Positions 20,323 to 29,392 of a stretch of DNA of 61,429 bases are shown in pieces; position 1 is the first letter of the stretch, and each line of letters begins with the position of its first letter. A model generated the notes under the pieces. It had not been told where the DNA came from. It ran no database searches and saw only the letters and a program-made list of their open reading frames with translations. Location: positions 1-61,429 of the IMG/VR virus record IMGVR_UViG_3300029305_004950. The stretch is one strand, 5' to 3'. A program made the position numbers and the translations under genes. This DNA is from a virus (lineage: Duplodnaviria; Heunggongvirae; Uroviricota; Caudoviricetes).

Positions 20323-21447
20323 TTACTTTCCTTCAGCTTCAGAAGTTACTACTTCTTCATTCTTAGCATTATTCTTATTGTTGAAAGAAATGAGAGTATC
20401 AACCTGATCTCTGCTAAGAGTTCTATTGACAAATGCATTAAATGCTTTCTCATTCAGTTCACAACCAGCTGCCTTGGGATGACCACCGCCACCAAAGTTT
20501 GCTGCAATTTTAGCGAGATTAGGACTATCAAAGATAGTTCTGAAATTAACACTATTATGAATCATGTCAATGATAACAATGAAAGACAGATTCTTATTCA
20601 TAATGTTAAGTCTGTTACCAATTTCACTAACATCTCTATCAGCATAGGTAATACCGATATCGTATACTTCACCATCAAAAGGATACTGAATGGTAGTCAG
20701 ATTAGCATTTCTGTCATAAATTGCCATTGTGAGATTTCTCTTAAGAAGTTTGAGATTAGAAATGTCAAAATTGCTAAACAACTTATCAAACTGTCCAGTA
20801 ATATAGTTATCAATCTTCCAGAGAGTTCTATCACGTCCAAATTCCTTGAAGTACATATTGAGTTCTCTAGCAGTATCGTTAATTACTTCAAATGTATTAG
20901 GATTCTGCCACTTATAGAGATCCCAAGAATCAATGAGATCAACAATTTCAGAAAGCTTAGCAGTATTAACTTCCTTATAGTCATACTCATCATTCTTTTT
21001 ATCGATCAACAACTTGATCTTGTTGTACTCATATTCATGGCTAGAGAAGTAGTTGAACATAAGCTTAGTGGCACAGATTTCCTTACTAAAGTTATATACG
21101 ATATTTCCTTTCTTAAAGAAATTAAACTGTGCTTCGGACTTAAAATGATGATCAAAGTACATAACAGGATAACCATCAATAGCAAGCTTGTTCAGTGCTT
21201 CCATATTGCTCATTTCGAGATTTAGGTCTGCTACAATCAGACAATCATGGTTCTTATAACCTTTCTTACAGAAACTTTCAATTTCCTTATTTACTTCATT
21301 ATAATTGACGTAATGTGCATCTGCCATATTCAGAAACACAGAAGCTACCTTTCCACAACCATAACCATCGAGGTCATTGTGGAACAGACCAAATACTCTA
21401 CCATTCTTCATCTTGTTGTTAATTTCATTCATAGTTGTCTGATTCAT
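20323..21447 (-). CDS. DHH/DHHA1 family phosphoesterase (nanoRNase-like)
   Basis: HNDLDG, ADL, FDHH, GGGHPKAAG motifs. Confidence 0.88.
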   Translation of the reverse strand: MNQTTMNEINNKMKNGRVFGLFHNDLDGYGCGKVASVFLNMADAHYVNYNEVNKEIESFCKKGYKNHDCLIVADLNLEMSNMEALNKLAIDGYPVMYFDHHFKSEAQFNFFKKGNIVYNFSKEICATKLMFNYFSSHEYEYNKIKLLIDKKNDEYDYKEVNTAKLSEIVDLIDSWDLYKWQNPNTFEVINDTARELNMYFKEFGRDRTLWKIDNYITGQFDKLFSNFDISNLKLLKRNLTMAIYDRNANLTTIQYPFDGEVYDIGITYADRDVSEIGNRLNIMNKNLSFIVIIDMIHNSVNFRTIFDSPNLAKIAANFGGGGHPKAAGCELNEKAFNAFVNRTLSRDQVDTLISFNNKNNAKNEEVVTSEAEGK

Positions 21448-21567
21448 AGTAATTAAATCTCCTTTAAAAATGTATTACTTATGATGTATATGTAGTATTA
21501 TAGAATTTACACATCATACAAAGTCATTATATATATTTAAAAAATACTTTATTACAATTTTTATCTA

Positions 21568-22206
21568 TTAGATATTGAGTAATCTGTTAAATGCAGCTCT
21601 CTTTACAATATTTAAGAAAGGTTCAGTATTTACATAAAACATATCTCTAAAGTGTAAGAATGTTTCTGGAAATAGATCATTTCTATTATTCAGAGAGAAT
21701 CTTGTATTGTTATCAAACTTGAAATTGATAGTTTCAATCATAGCATCTTTATCGAAACTAATATAGCATTCTTCTTTTTTAGTAGCCTGTTTTACATAGT
21801 TAGTTAAAAAATCTAAAAATTCACTTCTAGATAATTCTCTATCATACTTCATTGTATTTAGATACATCATCTTAAAGTAGTTTTCTAAAACTCCTAATTG
21901 ATCTCTCATTTCTTCTTTTTCATAGAAATTCAAAGATATTTCTTCAGCAGTAGCCCAATTACTATCTAATGTGGTCCAACTAATACCATTATTTACAACT
22001 AAACTACCACTTGATGTAGTTCCAATAGAACCTATTGTACAATTGCTTGAATCTACTGTTGTCGTATCAATATCACCAACATATGTCATTAATGCATTTA
22101 AAGAATTTAAAGAATCTACAGTACCACAGTTAGAACATCCTGTAGTGCTATCTAAATCATAAGTAGATAGATTATTAAAATTAGAATACACTTGATTTTC
22201 ATACAT
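21568..22206 (-). CDS. hypothetical protein
   Basis: 212-aa ORF with Shine-Dalgarno; S/T-rich N-terminal half. Confidence 0.6.
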   Translation of the reverse strand: MYENQVYSNFNNLSTYDLDSTTGCSNCGTVDSLNSLNALMTYVGDIDTTTVDSSNCTIGSIGTTSSGSLVVNNGISWTTLDSNWATAEEISLNFYEKEEMRDQLGVLENYFKMMYLNTMKYDRELSRSEFLDFLTNYVKQATKKEECYISFDKDAMIETINFKFDNNTRFSLNNRNDLFPETFLHFRDMFYVNTEPFLNIVKRAAFNRLLNI

Positions 22207-22227
22207 ATTTCTATTTCCTCACTTTCT

Positions 22228-22797
22228 TTAGTTTGCAGTCATTATTTTATCAAAGAATTTTTTCTTTAGAAAATTGATTAATTCTTTTTCATTAACACAG
22301 TATTTATAAGCAACTCCATATGGATTATTGTAATAATCATAGCATATGTCATTAAGATTAGGTATACGAATAAGAAAATCCTTTAGATCAAAAAATTTAT
22401 AGTCTAGAGTTGTTTTTGCTATTGAGAATCTATACTGGTTGCTATAATCCACAAACCAGAATTTAGTATCGTATTCACTACCAAATTTCTCTGCTAAAAA
22501 TCCACTTAATTCATCATCACTATAAAAAAATTTGTCATACTTTTCTTTGTTTTCTAGATAGTAAAGGTTAGTTGCTTGTTGAAAGTTTGACTTATTTAAT
22601 TCAAATTCTAAATTAGATATTCTTTCTAAATTAGCAGATATTGCACTTCTTAACTCGTTTATCTCATTTTTAATAGGATTATAACAATAATCATCTAAAT
22701 CACCAATATTTCTTTCTATTCTATCTGTAATTGTTTTTATATTGTATACTTCTGATTGTAAACTATAGAATTCACATTCTAAACGTTCAATACTCAT
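22228..22797 (-). CDS. hypothetical protein with N-terminal coiled coil
   Basis: 189-aa ORF with Shine-Dalgarno. Confidence 0.6.
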   Translation of the reverse strand: MSIERLECEFYSLQSEVYNIKTITDRIERNIGDLDDYCYNPIKNEINELRSAISANLERISNLEFELNKSNFQQATNLYYLENKEKYDKFFYSDDELSGFLAEKFGSEYDTKFWFVDYSNQYRFSIAKTTLDYKFFDLKDFLIRIPNLNDICYDYYNNPYGVAYKYCVNEKELINFLKKKFFDKIMTAN

Positions 22798-22873
22798 ATG
22801 TATTTTGCACCATCCTTATAAAAAAAATTTGTAGAATAAGTATGTTTTATATACTTATTCTACAAATTTTTAA

Positions 22874-24781
22874 TTAGTTAAAATATAACTCATCTAAAAT
22901 GGATACACCATTCTTAGCATAAAGATCAGGTGATTGAATCTGTTTTTTCAAGTGTTCAAAACTCAAAGATACAGCAGAAGAAGGAGACTGGAAAATACCA
23001 TCAGAAACTTTTAGAATCTGATAGTCTTCTTCATTATCAAATCTTTCAGGTTTCTTAGTTAGATCATTAACATCTCTACAAAGTTCTCTTAGAATTAGTT
23101 CTGCATGAACTGCATTTAGACCAATATCACCTTCATTGAGTAGTTCTAGGAACTTATTAACCATTTCATCAATGTTAGTAATACCTAGATGGTCAGAACT
23201 TTCAATCAAGTCAATGATAGCCTGTAGAGAAGTAGATAGCTCGTTATTTTCAAGATTGAATGTGAAAATAGCATCATTAATGTTGCATAGAGACTTAATA
23301 CTCATTGTAATCTTGTTATTAGAATCTCTTACAGGATTAGTTTCAATTAGTTCACCAATAGTTTTAGATAAGACTAACTTAATAGGAGGTTCTATAACAA
23401 TTTCATTACCCATACGATTTCTAATTGCAAACTTAGAAATAGTTAGATTGTTATCTTCATCTCTATCTAAGTCGTCATCATCAATTACAAAATAACCACC
23501 ATTTTTCTCTTTATCAGTATCAATATAGATAGAACCCTTATCTACAATACAATATTGTAACATTTCTTCAGGCCAATCTATAACGTCTGAGGCAGTAGTC
23601 TGCAAGTGCTTAGCTGATAATAATTTCTGAGTCAACTGTTCTGTAAGTTCTAGTTCTGCTACAATACCGATATGAATGTCACTGTTTACATTAGCTAGAT
23701 CGCCATAACAAGTACGACAGACATTACCATCCTTACATTTACACTTGATAGGACTACGGAACTTTAGAACTTGTCCAATTTTGTCCTGATGAATCTTAGT
23801 ATCAAATCTTTCTAGATATCCTTCATTTTCATTTAGGAAGTATCTTAGATTATAACGACTTGCAGTATCTTTGGAATCAATTAGGACTTCTGCATACTCA
23901 TCAGTATCACAATCTTCTTCTTCAGATAGAGTTGTATCAATAAGTAGTAGAGATAGCTTTCGTGTAAGATATCCTGATTCTTTTACTCGCTTATGACTAG
24001 TTATCAAGGCTTTTCTTGCTAGAATAGAGACAATGAAAAAGTCAGTGATGTTGTTTAAACCCTTTAGATAGTTAGCCTGAATTACATAAGGAATCAAGTT
24101 ACCATCTAAGTCAGCCTTTAGAGCAATTGTAGAGATTATTTCTTTAAACTGCTTTCTGTTAATACCTGTCTTAGCATTAAAATAAGGTTTAAAACAAGTT
24201 TCTTCAACTTCTAGAATATCCATCAATTCATCGAATTCCTTATTAACGAATTCTTCAATTTCAGAAAAGTCTAAACCACTTGGTACTTCTTCATCTACTA
24301 ATTCACTGAATCTCTTATTGGTACTATATAGATGAACTAGATCATGTAAACTAATAGTACTACCAGAATATACATTGAACTTACCAGATAAATCAGATAG
24401 ATGATTGATAGATTCCTTAATTGATAGATTTAGTTTGTTATAGTATTCCTTATCTGTGATTTCTAGTTCATTAATGACATGATTGATGATGTCGTTATAG
24501 TATCCAATTAGAGAATTTTTACTAAAATTCTTAATCTTGTCTAATACTATAAAGTCATTACTTGGCATTTCTCCTAGATTTACAAATGGGATGAGAAGAA
24601 TCATTTGTGTGATTAAGTTGGCTAAACTACATTCATACACTTCATTATTTAGTGAGAATGTAACCTTAATCTTTCTTCTTTTGTAAATCTCTAGTACTTT
24701 CTTTTCGTATAGTTCTAAGTGTGAGTAAAAACTATCTTTATCAGCTATTAGTTCATTTAGATTAATAGTTTTCTTTGCCAT
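22874..24781 (-). CDS. multisubunit RNA polymerase beta'-like subunit, C-terminal part (probably non-virion RNAP)
   Basis: Bridge helix SGYLTRKL, Zn site C...CRTCYG, trigger loop EQLTQKLLSAKH; start moved to ATG 24781 after GGAGG; early-type promoter at about 24842-24852. Confidence 0.88.
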   Translation of the reverse strand: MAKKTINLNELIADKDSFYSHLELYEKKVLEIYKRRKIKVTFSLNNEVYECSLANLITQMILLIPFVNLGEMPSNDFIVLDKIKNFSKNSLIGYYNDIINHVINELEITDKEYYNKLNLSIKESINHLSDLSGKFNVYSGSTISLHDLVHLYSTNKRFSELVDEEVPSGLDFSEIEEFVNKEFDELMDILEVEETCFKPYFNAKTGINRKQFKEIISTIALKADLDGNLIPYVIQANYLKGLNNITDFFIVSILARKALITSHKRVKESGYLTRKLSLLLIDTTLSEEEDCDTDEYAEVLIDSKDTASRYNLRYFLNENEGYLERFDTKIHQDKIGQVLKFRSPIKCKCKDGNVCRTCYGDLANVNSDIHIGIVAELELTEQLTQKLLSAKHLQTTASDVIDWPEEMLQYCIVDKGSIYIDTDKEKNGGYFVIDDDDLDRDEDNNLTISKFAIRNRMGNEIVIEPPIKLVLSKTIGELIETNPVRDSNNKITMSIKSLCNINDAIFTFNLENNELSTSLQAIIDLIESSDHLGITNIDEMVNKFLELLNEGDIGLNAVHAELILRELCRDVNDLTKKPERFDNEEDYQILKVSDGIFQSPSSAVSLSFEHLKKQIQSPDLYAKNGVSILDELYFN

Positions 24782-24946
24782 ATGCTTATTAGTAAACCTC
24801 CCTTTATGAATTAATAGATGTTTTATAATCCATCTTAGTATCATTATATATAAATGAAACTAAAGTAAAAAATCATACTAACTGGCATTAATAAACCAGT
24901 TAGTATGATAGTGTTTTTTGTATTATTTTTAAATAAAAGAAGTGAA

Positions 24947-25429
24947 TTACTTAGAAACCTTGGGTTTGTTAGGAGTACCCTTAGTACCGCCAACACCTTC
25001 TGCAGGAGTCTTAACAACAGTATTGCTGTTCTTTCTAGCATCTTTTAGAGCCTGCTTTGCAACTTTCTTAGCACCAGAAGCATACTGCTTGTTAATCTTA
25101 GCAATTAGCTTCTTACGTAGACGAGAAACTTGAACCAGTTTCTTATAGTCAGAACTACCAGCCTGTCTAGCAGCAGAAATAGCAGCCATAGACTGAACCA
25201 TGTTAGCATACTGTTTATCAGTTAGCTGTCTCTTCTTTCCCTTAAGGGTAGAACTCTTAGTAACAGAAACAGCTTCATCATAGATAGAGTAATCATCAGC
25301 GATTTCAGCATAACCACTTTCCTTTAGCCATTCAACAATAGCTTCATAGTCTTCCTGCATGATTAGCTGCTCTTCAACTTCCTCAGAAGTTAGCTTCTTA
25401 TTTACATTCTTGTAATCATCAAGTAACAT
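24947..25429 (-). CDS. probable virion protein
   Basis: AACA-N6-TA at 25497-25508; acidic N-terminus, basic C-terminus, high-expression codon usage. Confidence 0.5.
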   Translation of the reverse strand: MLLDDYKNVNKKLTSEEVEEQLIMQEDYEAIVEWLKESGYAEIADDYSIYDEAVSVTKSSTLKGKKRQLTDKQYANMVQSMAAISAARQAGSSDYKKLVQVSRLRKKLIAKINKQYASGAKKVAKQALKDARKNSNTVVKTPAEGVGGTKGTPNKPKVSK

Positions 25430-25571
25430 ATGTTTACACCTTTCTTTCTTTGAAAATTTGTAGTTTATAAAAACTATAAAGAATTCGTATAGACTTTATT
25501 AGATTGTTTTTATATTTTAAACCTTTATAGAATACTAGATTTTTGTTCTCAGGATCATAGAAAAAGTTTCA

Positions 25572-26006
25572 TTATTTACAAGTAAAGAACTTATAAAAAT
25601 CCATGAATTCCTTTAAAGGTTGTTTTTCATTTTTGATATCGTCTTTTTTAAGAGTTTCTTTAGCTTCATCAGATGATTTGTTATCAATAATGGAAGCATC
25701 CTCTTCTTCATCTAACATAGAAGAATCTTCTTGTGCTTTAGATGCATTAGCAGCAGCTTTTCTTTCAGCAATTTCAGATGCTTTTTTCTGTATATATTCA
25801 TCTTTAGCCATAGTTATTTCTTTTTTCATTTGACCAGCATGAAATCTAGCGTTTTGCATATGAGTTTGTTGAGAATTAGCTAGTTCTCTAGTAGTGTTAG
25901 CTTGTGCTTCAGGAGTAGTTTCACCTTTAGTTTCGCCAGCTTTAGCATCTAATTCAGTAGGAGCTTTATCTCCTGCTTCATCTAAGTAAATCCATTTTCT
26001 AGCCAT
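25572..26006 (-). CDS. probable virion/head protein
   Basis: AACA-N6-TA at 26056-26067; LDE and LKE sites. Confidence 0.45.
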   Translation of the reverse strand: MARKWIYLDEAGDKAPTELDAKAGETKGETTPEAQANTTRELANSQQTHMQNARFHAGQMKKEITMAKDEYIQKKASEIAERKAAANASKAQEDSSMLDEEEDASIIDNKSSDEAKETLKKDDIKNEKQPLKEFMDFYKFFTCK

Positions 26007-26105
26007 AACTTATATAGTCACCTACTTTCTGTAGAGTTAATTCAATTATCAAATATATATAATTGTTTGAAGAGATAATACTTTATTCAAGAAAGGAGAA
26101 TTGTT

Positions 26106-26456
26106 ATGACTAACAAAGAAATTATAAAACGATTTAAGTTTGAATTAGATATAGGAATCTTTAAAACAGTAGATAATCCTGTTGGAGATTGTTTAATATG
26201 GTTTTATCCTGAATTTGATAATAGAAATCTAGTAGATGTTTTAAGAAAATTGGGTTATACAATAAACGTTAGATATATAGATCACGTTATAATAGTTGTA
26301 AATACTAAAACTAAAATAGTTAATGAATTGAAACCATATAGTGATAAACGTTTTAACTATTATGGTAAACAACTAGAATTAGATAAAGATATTAATCCAT
26401 TACCAGATTACATCAATCAATATGATAGAAAGGGGAAATATGTTTCATATGACTAA
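26106..26456 (+). CDS. array B paralog 1 (MTNxxIxKRFxFDL family)
   Basis: MTNKEIIKRFKFELDIG...INPLPDYI. Confidence 0.8.
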   Translation: MTNKEIIKRFKFELDIGIFKTVDNPVGDCLIWFYPEFDNRNLVDVLRKLGYTINVRYIDHVIIVVNTKTKIVNELKPYSDKRFNYYGKQLELDKDINPLPDYINQYDRKGKYVSYD

Positions 26457-26892
26457 TAAACAAATTGAGAAACGATTTCTATTTGATTTAAATACTAGTG
26501 TAAAATATAAATCTAGTCCTATTTTTGAAAATGATAAAGAAAAACCATTTGCTATGGATATTATTGGATATGAAAAAGAGATTATTTTTGAAGTACCTAA
26601 ATACAAAAATAGGAAGAAATTAGTAACTTTATTAAGTCTGTTTAATTATAGTGGTTCTATAGACTATTTTGTAGATGAAGGAGATCAAGATTGCTATTGG
26701 TCTGATAAGGAATTTAATAATAATGACTTTAATAATGAACTTTTTATAAATGATGAGCTGTGTAAAACTATTAAAATCTATCCTGAAAGAGAAAAGTTTT
26801 ATATTCCCTCATGTACATATGGATATGAAAGTCCTTATTATAATCAGCTTCCAAACTATATAGAGGAGTATGAAATTAATAATGACCAATGA
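26449..26892 (+). CDS. array B paralog 2
   Basis: MTNKQIEKRFLFDLN...NQLPNYI; start reassigned to the family motif. Confidence 0.8.
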   Translation: MTNKQIEKRFLFDLNTSVKYKSSPIFENDKEKPFAMDIIGYEKEIIFEVPKYKNRKKLVTLLSLFNYSGSIDYFVDEGDQDCYWSDKEFNNNDFNNELFINDELCKTIKIYPEREKFYIPSCTYGYESPYYNQLPNYIEEYEINNDQ

Positions 26893-27235
26893 ACAGATTG
26901 AAAAACGATTTGAATTTGATTTAGCAATGGGAGTTTTTAAACCTGCATATGAAGGTGATCCTAATATAATAAGCTTTGAATGTAAGAATATACATAACTT
27001 TAAGAAAAGACTTAAGTTCTTTGTAGTATTAAAGAAATTAGGTTTTACTCTAATGAAAGGAAAAGGAATTCCTCGTGTATCAAATATCGTAATTCATATT
27101 TCTTTAGAAACTAAGCAAATTGATACACGTTATAGTTTTAGTTATTATCCATATAGTTATGAATGTATTAATGAAATTCCTAGTTACATAAAGGGATACT
27201 CTTTAGAGAATATAAAAACGAAAGGAATGTTCTAA
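26882..27235 (+). CDS. array B paralog 3
   Basis: MTNEQIEKRFEFDLAMG...INEIPSYI. Confidence 0.8.
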   Translation: MTNEQIEKRFEFDLAMGVFKPAYEGDPNIISFECKNIHNFKKRLKFFVVLKKLGFTLMKGKGIPRVSNIVIHISLETKQIDTRYSFSYYPYSYECINEIPSYIKGYSLENIKTKGMF

Positions 27236-27601
27236 GTGACTAATGAACAAATTGCAAAAAGATTTTTATTTGAATTAAATATGGGAATGTATAGAATTTG
27301 TCGTGATGGACTTATATGTTTTAAATCCAACTATAAAAATCCTAGAAAATACATAATCAAACTAACAAAATTACTAAAGGATTATTCAGAATATGTGGAA
27401 TTTTTACCACCAGAAATAGAAGAACATTATAAAACATATAGTAATTATATCGCTAGTAATAGAGTGCTTATAATCAATACTAATGTAAAAAAATTTCATC
27501 ATGAATCCTATGAACCTTGGTTTACAAGAAATAGAGATAATATAATCCCTGATTACATAGTAAAATACGATCATAGATTGGAGGTTAAAAATAATGACTA
27601 A
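27236..27601 (+). CDS. array B paralog 4
   Basis: GTG start; TNEQIAKRFLFELNMG...NIIPDYI. Confidence 0.8.
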   Translation: MTNEQIAKRFLFELNMGMYRICRDGLICFKSNYKNPRKYIIKLTKLLKDYSEYVEFLPPEIEEHYKTYSNYIASNRVLIINTNVKKFHHESYEPWFTRNRDNIIPDYIVKYDHRLEVKNND

Positions 27602-27929
27602 TCAAGAAATTGAGAAAAGATTTTTGTTTGATTTAGAAATGGGTAGATTTAAACAATATTCTAATTTTGTAATTTTTAGAAATATGTCTTTCTTAGATGA
27701 AGCTGTAATGACAAAATTGCTTAAAAATATTGGTTATAAAAAAGATTATAATCTTTTTATGTATTTTAATAATATGAGTCATCAAGTATCTAGAGGAAAA
27801 ACTACAATTACTATTAATAAGGAATCTAAAATATATCTTGCACCATATACTGTTATGGTTTCTTCTGATGAACATATGGGGTATATTAATGAAATACCTG
27901 ATTATATAATAATGGGGTATAAACTATGA
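27594..27929 (+). CDS. array B paralog 5
   Basis: MTNQEIEKRFLFDLEMG...INEIPDYI. Confidence 0.8.
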   Translation: MTNQEIEKRFLFDLEMGRFKQYSNFVIFRNMSFLDEAVMTKLLKNIGYKKDYNLFMYFNNMSHQVSRGKTTITINKESKIYLAPYTVMVSSDEHMGYINEIPDYIIMGYKL

Positions 27930-28264
27930 CTAATAAAGAAATAGAAAAAAGATTTCTATTTGATTTAGAGATGGGATTATTTAAATCACTTGCTCATGAG
28001 CATTATGGTACTACGTATAACAAAAAAACATACTCGTTTTATAGTAGTACTAATTTAAAGATTTATAACCTATGTGAGTTATTAGATAATATTGGCTATA
28101 AACATAAAAATCCTAGTATATATGAATTAGTACCTAATAAATGTATATCAATTACAGTTTATCCATGTAATAAACGTTATGAAATTGGTTATACTCATAA
28201 ACTCATTATGAATGAAATTCCTGAATATATAAGTAATTACCAATACTATCTTAATAAGGAATAA
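27926..28264 (+). CDS. array B paralog 6
   Basis: MTNKEIEKRFLFDLEMG...MNEIPEYI. Confidence 0.8.
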   Translation: MTNKEIEKRFLFDLEMGLFKSLAHEHYGTTYNKKTYSFYSSTNLKIYNLCELLDNIGYKHKNPSIYELVPNKCISITVYPCNKRYEIGYTHKLIMNEIPEYISNYQYYLNKE

Positions 28265-28270
28265 AGTACT

Positions 28271-28657
28271 ATGACTAATGAGTATATTGAAAAAAGATTT
28301 AACTTTGATCTAGAAATGGGAATGTTTAAAATCATTCAAAAAGAAAATTGTGCTTACTTTGAATGTAAATACAATAGCTATCATAAATGGATAAACAAGT
28401 TTACAAAAGTTCTATTAAAAAATGGATACAAAGAAATTGTAGCTGATGAAAACGAATACAAATGTTTTTATTATAAGTGTTATCAAGATTATAAAAGTTC
28501 ATGTAATATTATTAAGATCTTTATGGAAACTAAGGAATTTAAGCTATATCAAAAATGGAGAGTAAACATGTTTTATAGATATGAAGGAATGATTAATGAA
28601 ATTCCAGAATATGTAGGTTACTATAATCATAAGATTGAGGTTAATAGTAATGACTAA
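28271..28657 (+). CDS. array B paralog 7
   Basis: MTNEYIEKRFNFDLEMG...INEIPEYV. Confidence 0.8.
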   Translation: MTNEYIEKRFNFDLEMGMFKIIQKENCAYFECKYNSYHKWINKFTKVLLKNGYKEIVADENEYKCFYYKCYQDYKSSCNIIKIFMETKEFKLYQKWRVNMFYRYEGMINEIPEYVGYYNHKIEVNSND

Positions 28658-28964
28658 TGAAGAAATTGAAAAAAGATTTTTATTTGATTTAGAAATGGGA
28701 AGATTTGATATCTATACTAATACACAGGGTGTTAGAGAAATAAGATTTATTGTTTCTAGATATCTAATAAGAAAATTTATGACTCTATTAGAAAATCTTA
28801 ACTATTCTTATAAAGAATGGCATAAGTGTTTTATAGATGTTAATGATAGATTGATAAGAATATTTCTAAATTCAAAAAAGTTTTGGATTCAGGATGTAAA
28901 TACTCATGTTAGATATGAATGTCTTAATAGTACACCTAATTATATAAAGGAGTATATGATATGA
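28650..28964 (+). CDS. array B paralog 8
   Basis: MTNEEIEKRFLFDLEMG...LNSTPNYI. Confidence 0.8.
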   Translation: MTNEEIEKRFLFDLEMGRFDIYTNTQGVREIRFIVSRYLIRKFMTLLENLNYSYKEWHKCFIDVNDRLIRIFLNSKKFWIQDVNTHVRYECLNSTPNYIKEYMI

Positions 28965-29335
28965 CTAACGAACAAATTGAGAAAAGATTTCTATTTGATT
29001 TAGAAATGGGTAGATTTAAGAAATATATCTATAATGATTTTGAATCTTATTTATTTAATGGTAATGAAATAGTTAAAATGATAAGAATTTTAAAGAGAAA
29101 TAAATACAAATATAGAGGAGATAAAAAATATAAGAATAATGGTATTGCTAATGTTTTAAAATCTAATAATCTTCTCATACAGATTTATAATTCACGTAAA
29201 GAGTATTTTATTTATAGTATTAGTAGTGTTTTAAAATGTAATTTAGATGATTATATACAATCAATGCCAGATTATATTGAAAATTTTAAATTAACACATT
29301 GGTATGACATAAATCTATATAAATGGGTGCATTAA
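28961..29335 (+). CDS. array B paralog 9
   Basis: MTNEQIEKRFLFDLEMG...IQSMPDYI. Confidence 0.8.
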   Translation: MTNEQIEKRFLFDLEMGRFKKYIYNDFESYLFNGNEIVKMIRILKRNKYKYRGDKKYKNNGIANVLKSNNLLIQIYNSRKEYFIYSISSVLKCNLDDYIQSMPDYIENFKLTHWYDINLYKWVH

Positions 29336-29392
29336 TTCAAAAAAGTTCCATCTAAAAATTCATTACATAAAGAAAGGATGTGGTTTTTCTAT

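Noticed and set aside
20479-21225. 248-aa + strand ORF
   Set aside because: Antisense shadow of the DHH phosphoesterase; no Shine-Dalgarno or motifs
26106-29335. CRISPR array or DGR suggested by the recurring roughly 50-nt sequence
   Set aside because: Repeats are degenerate, protein-coding and about 310-430 nt apart; no cas or reverse transcriptase gene and no adenine-specific template/variable pair in the window
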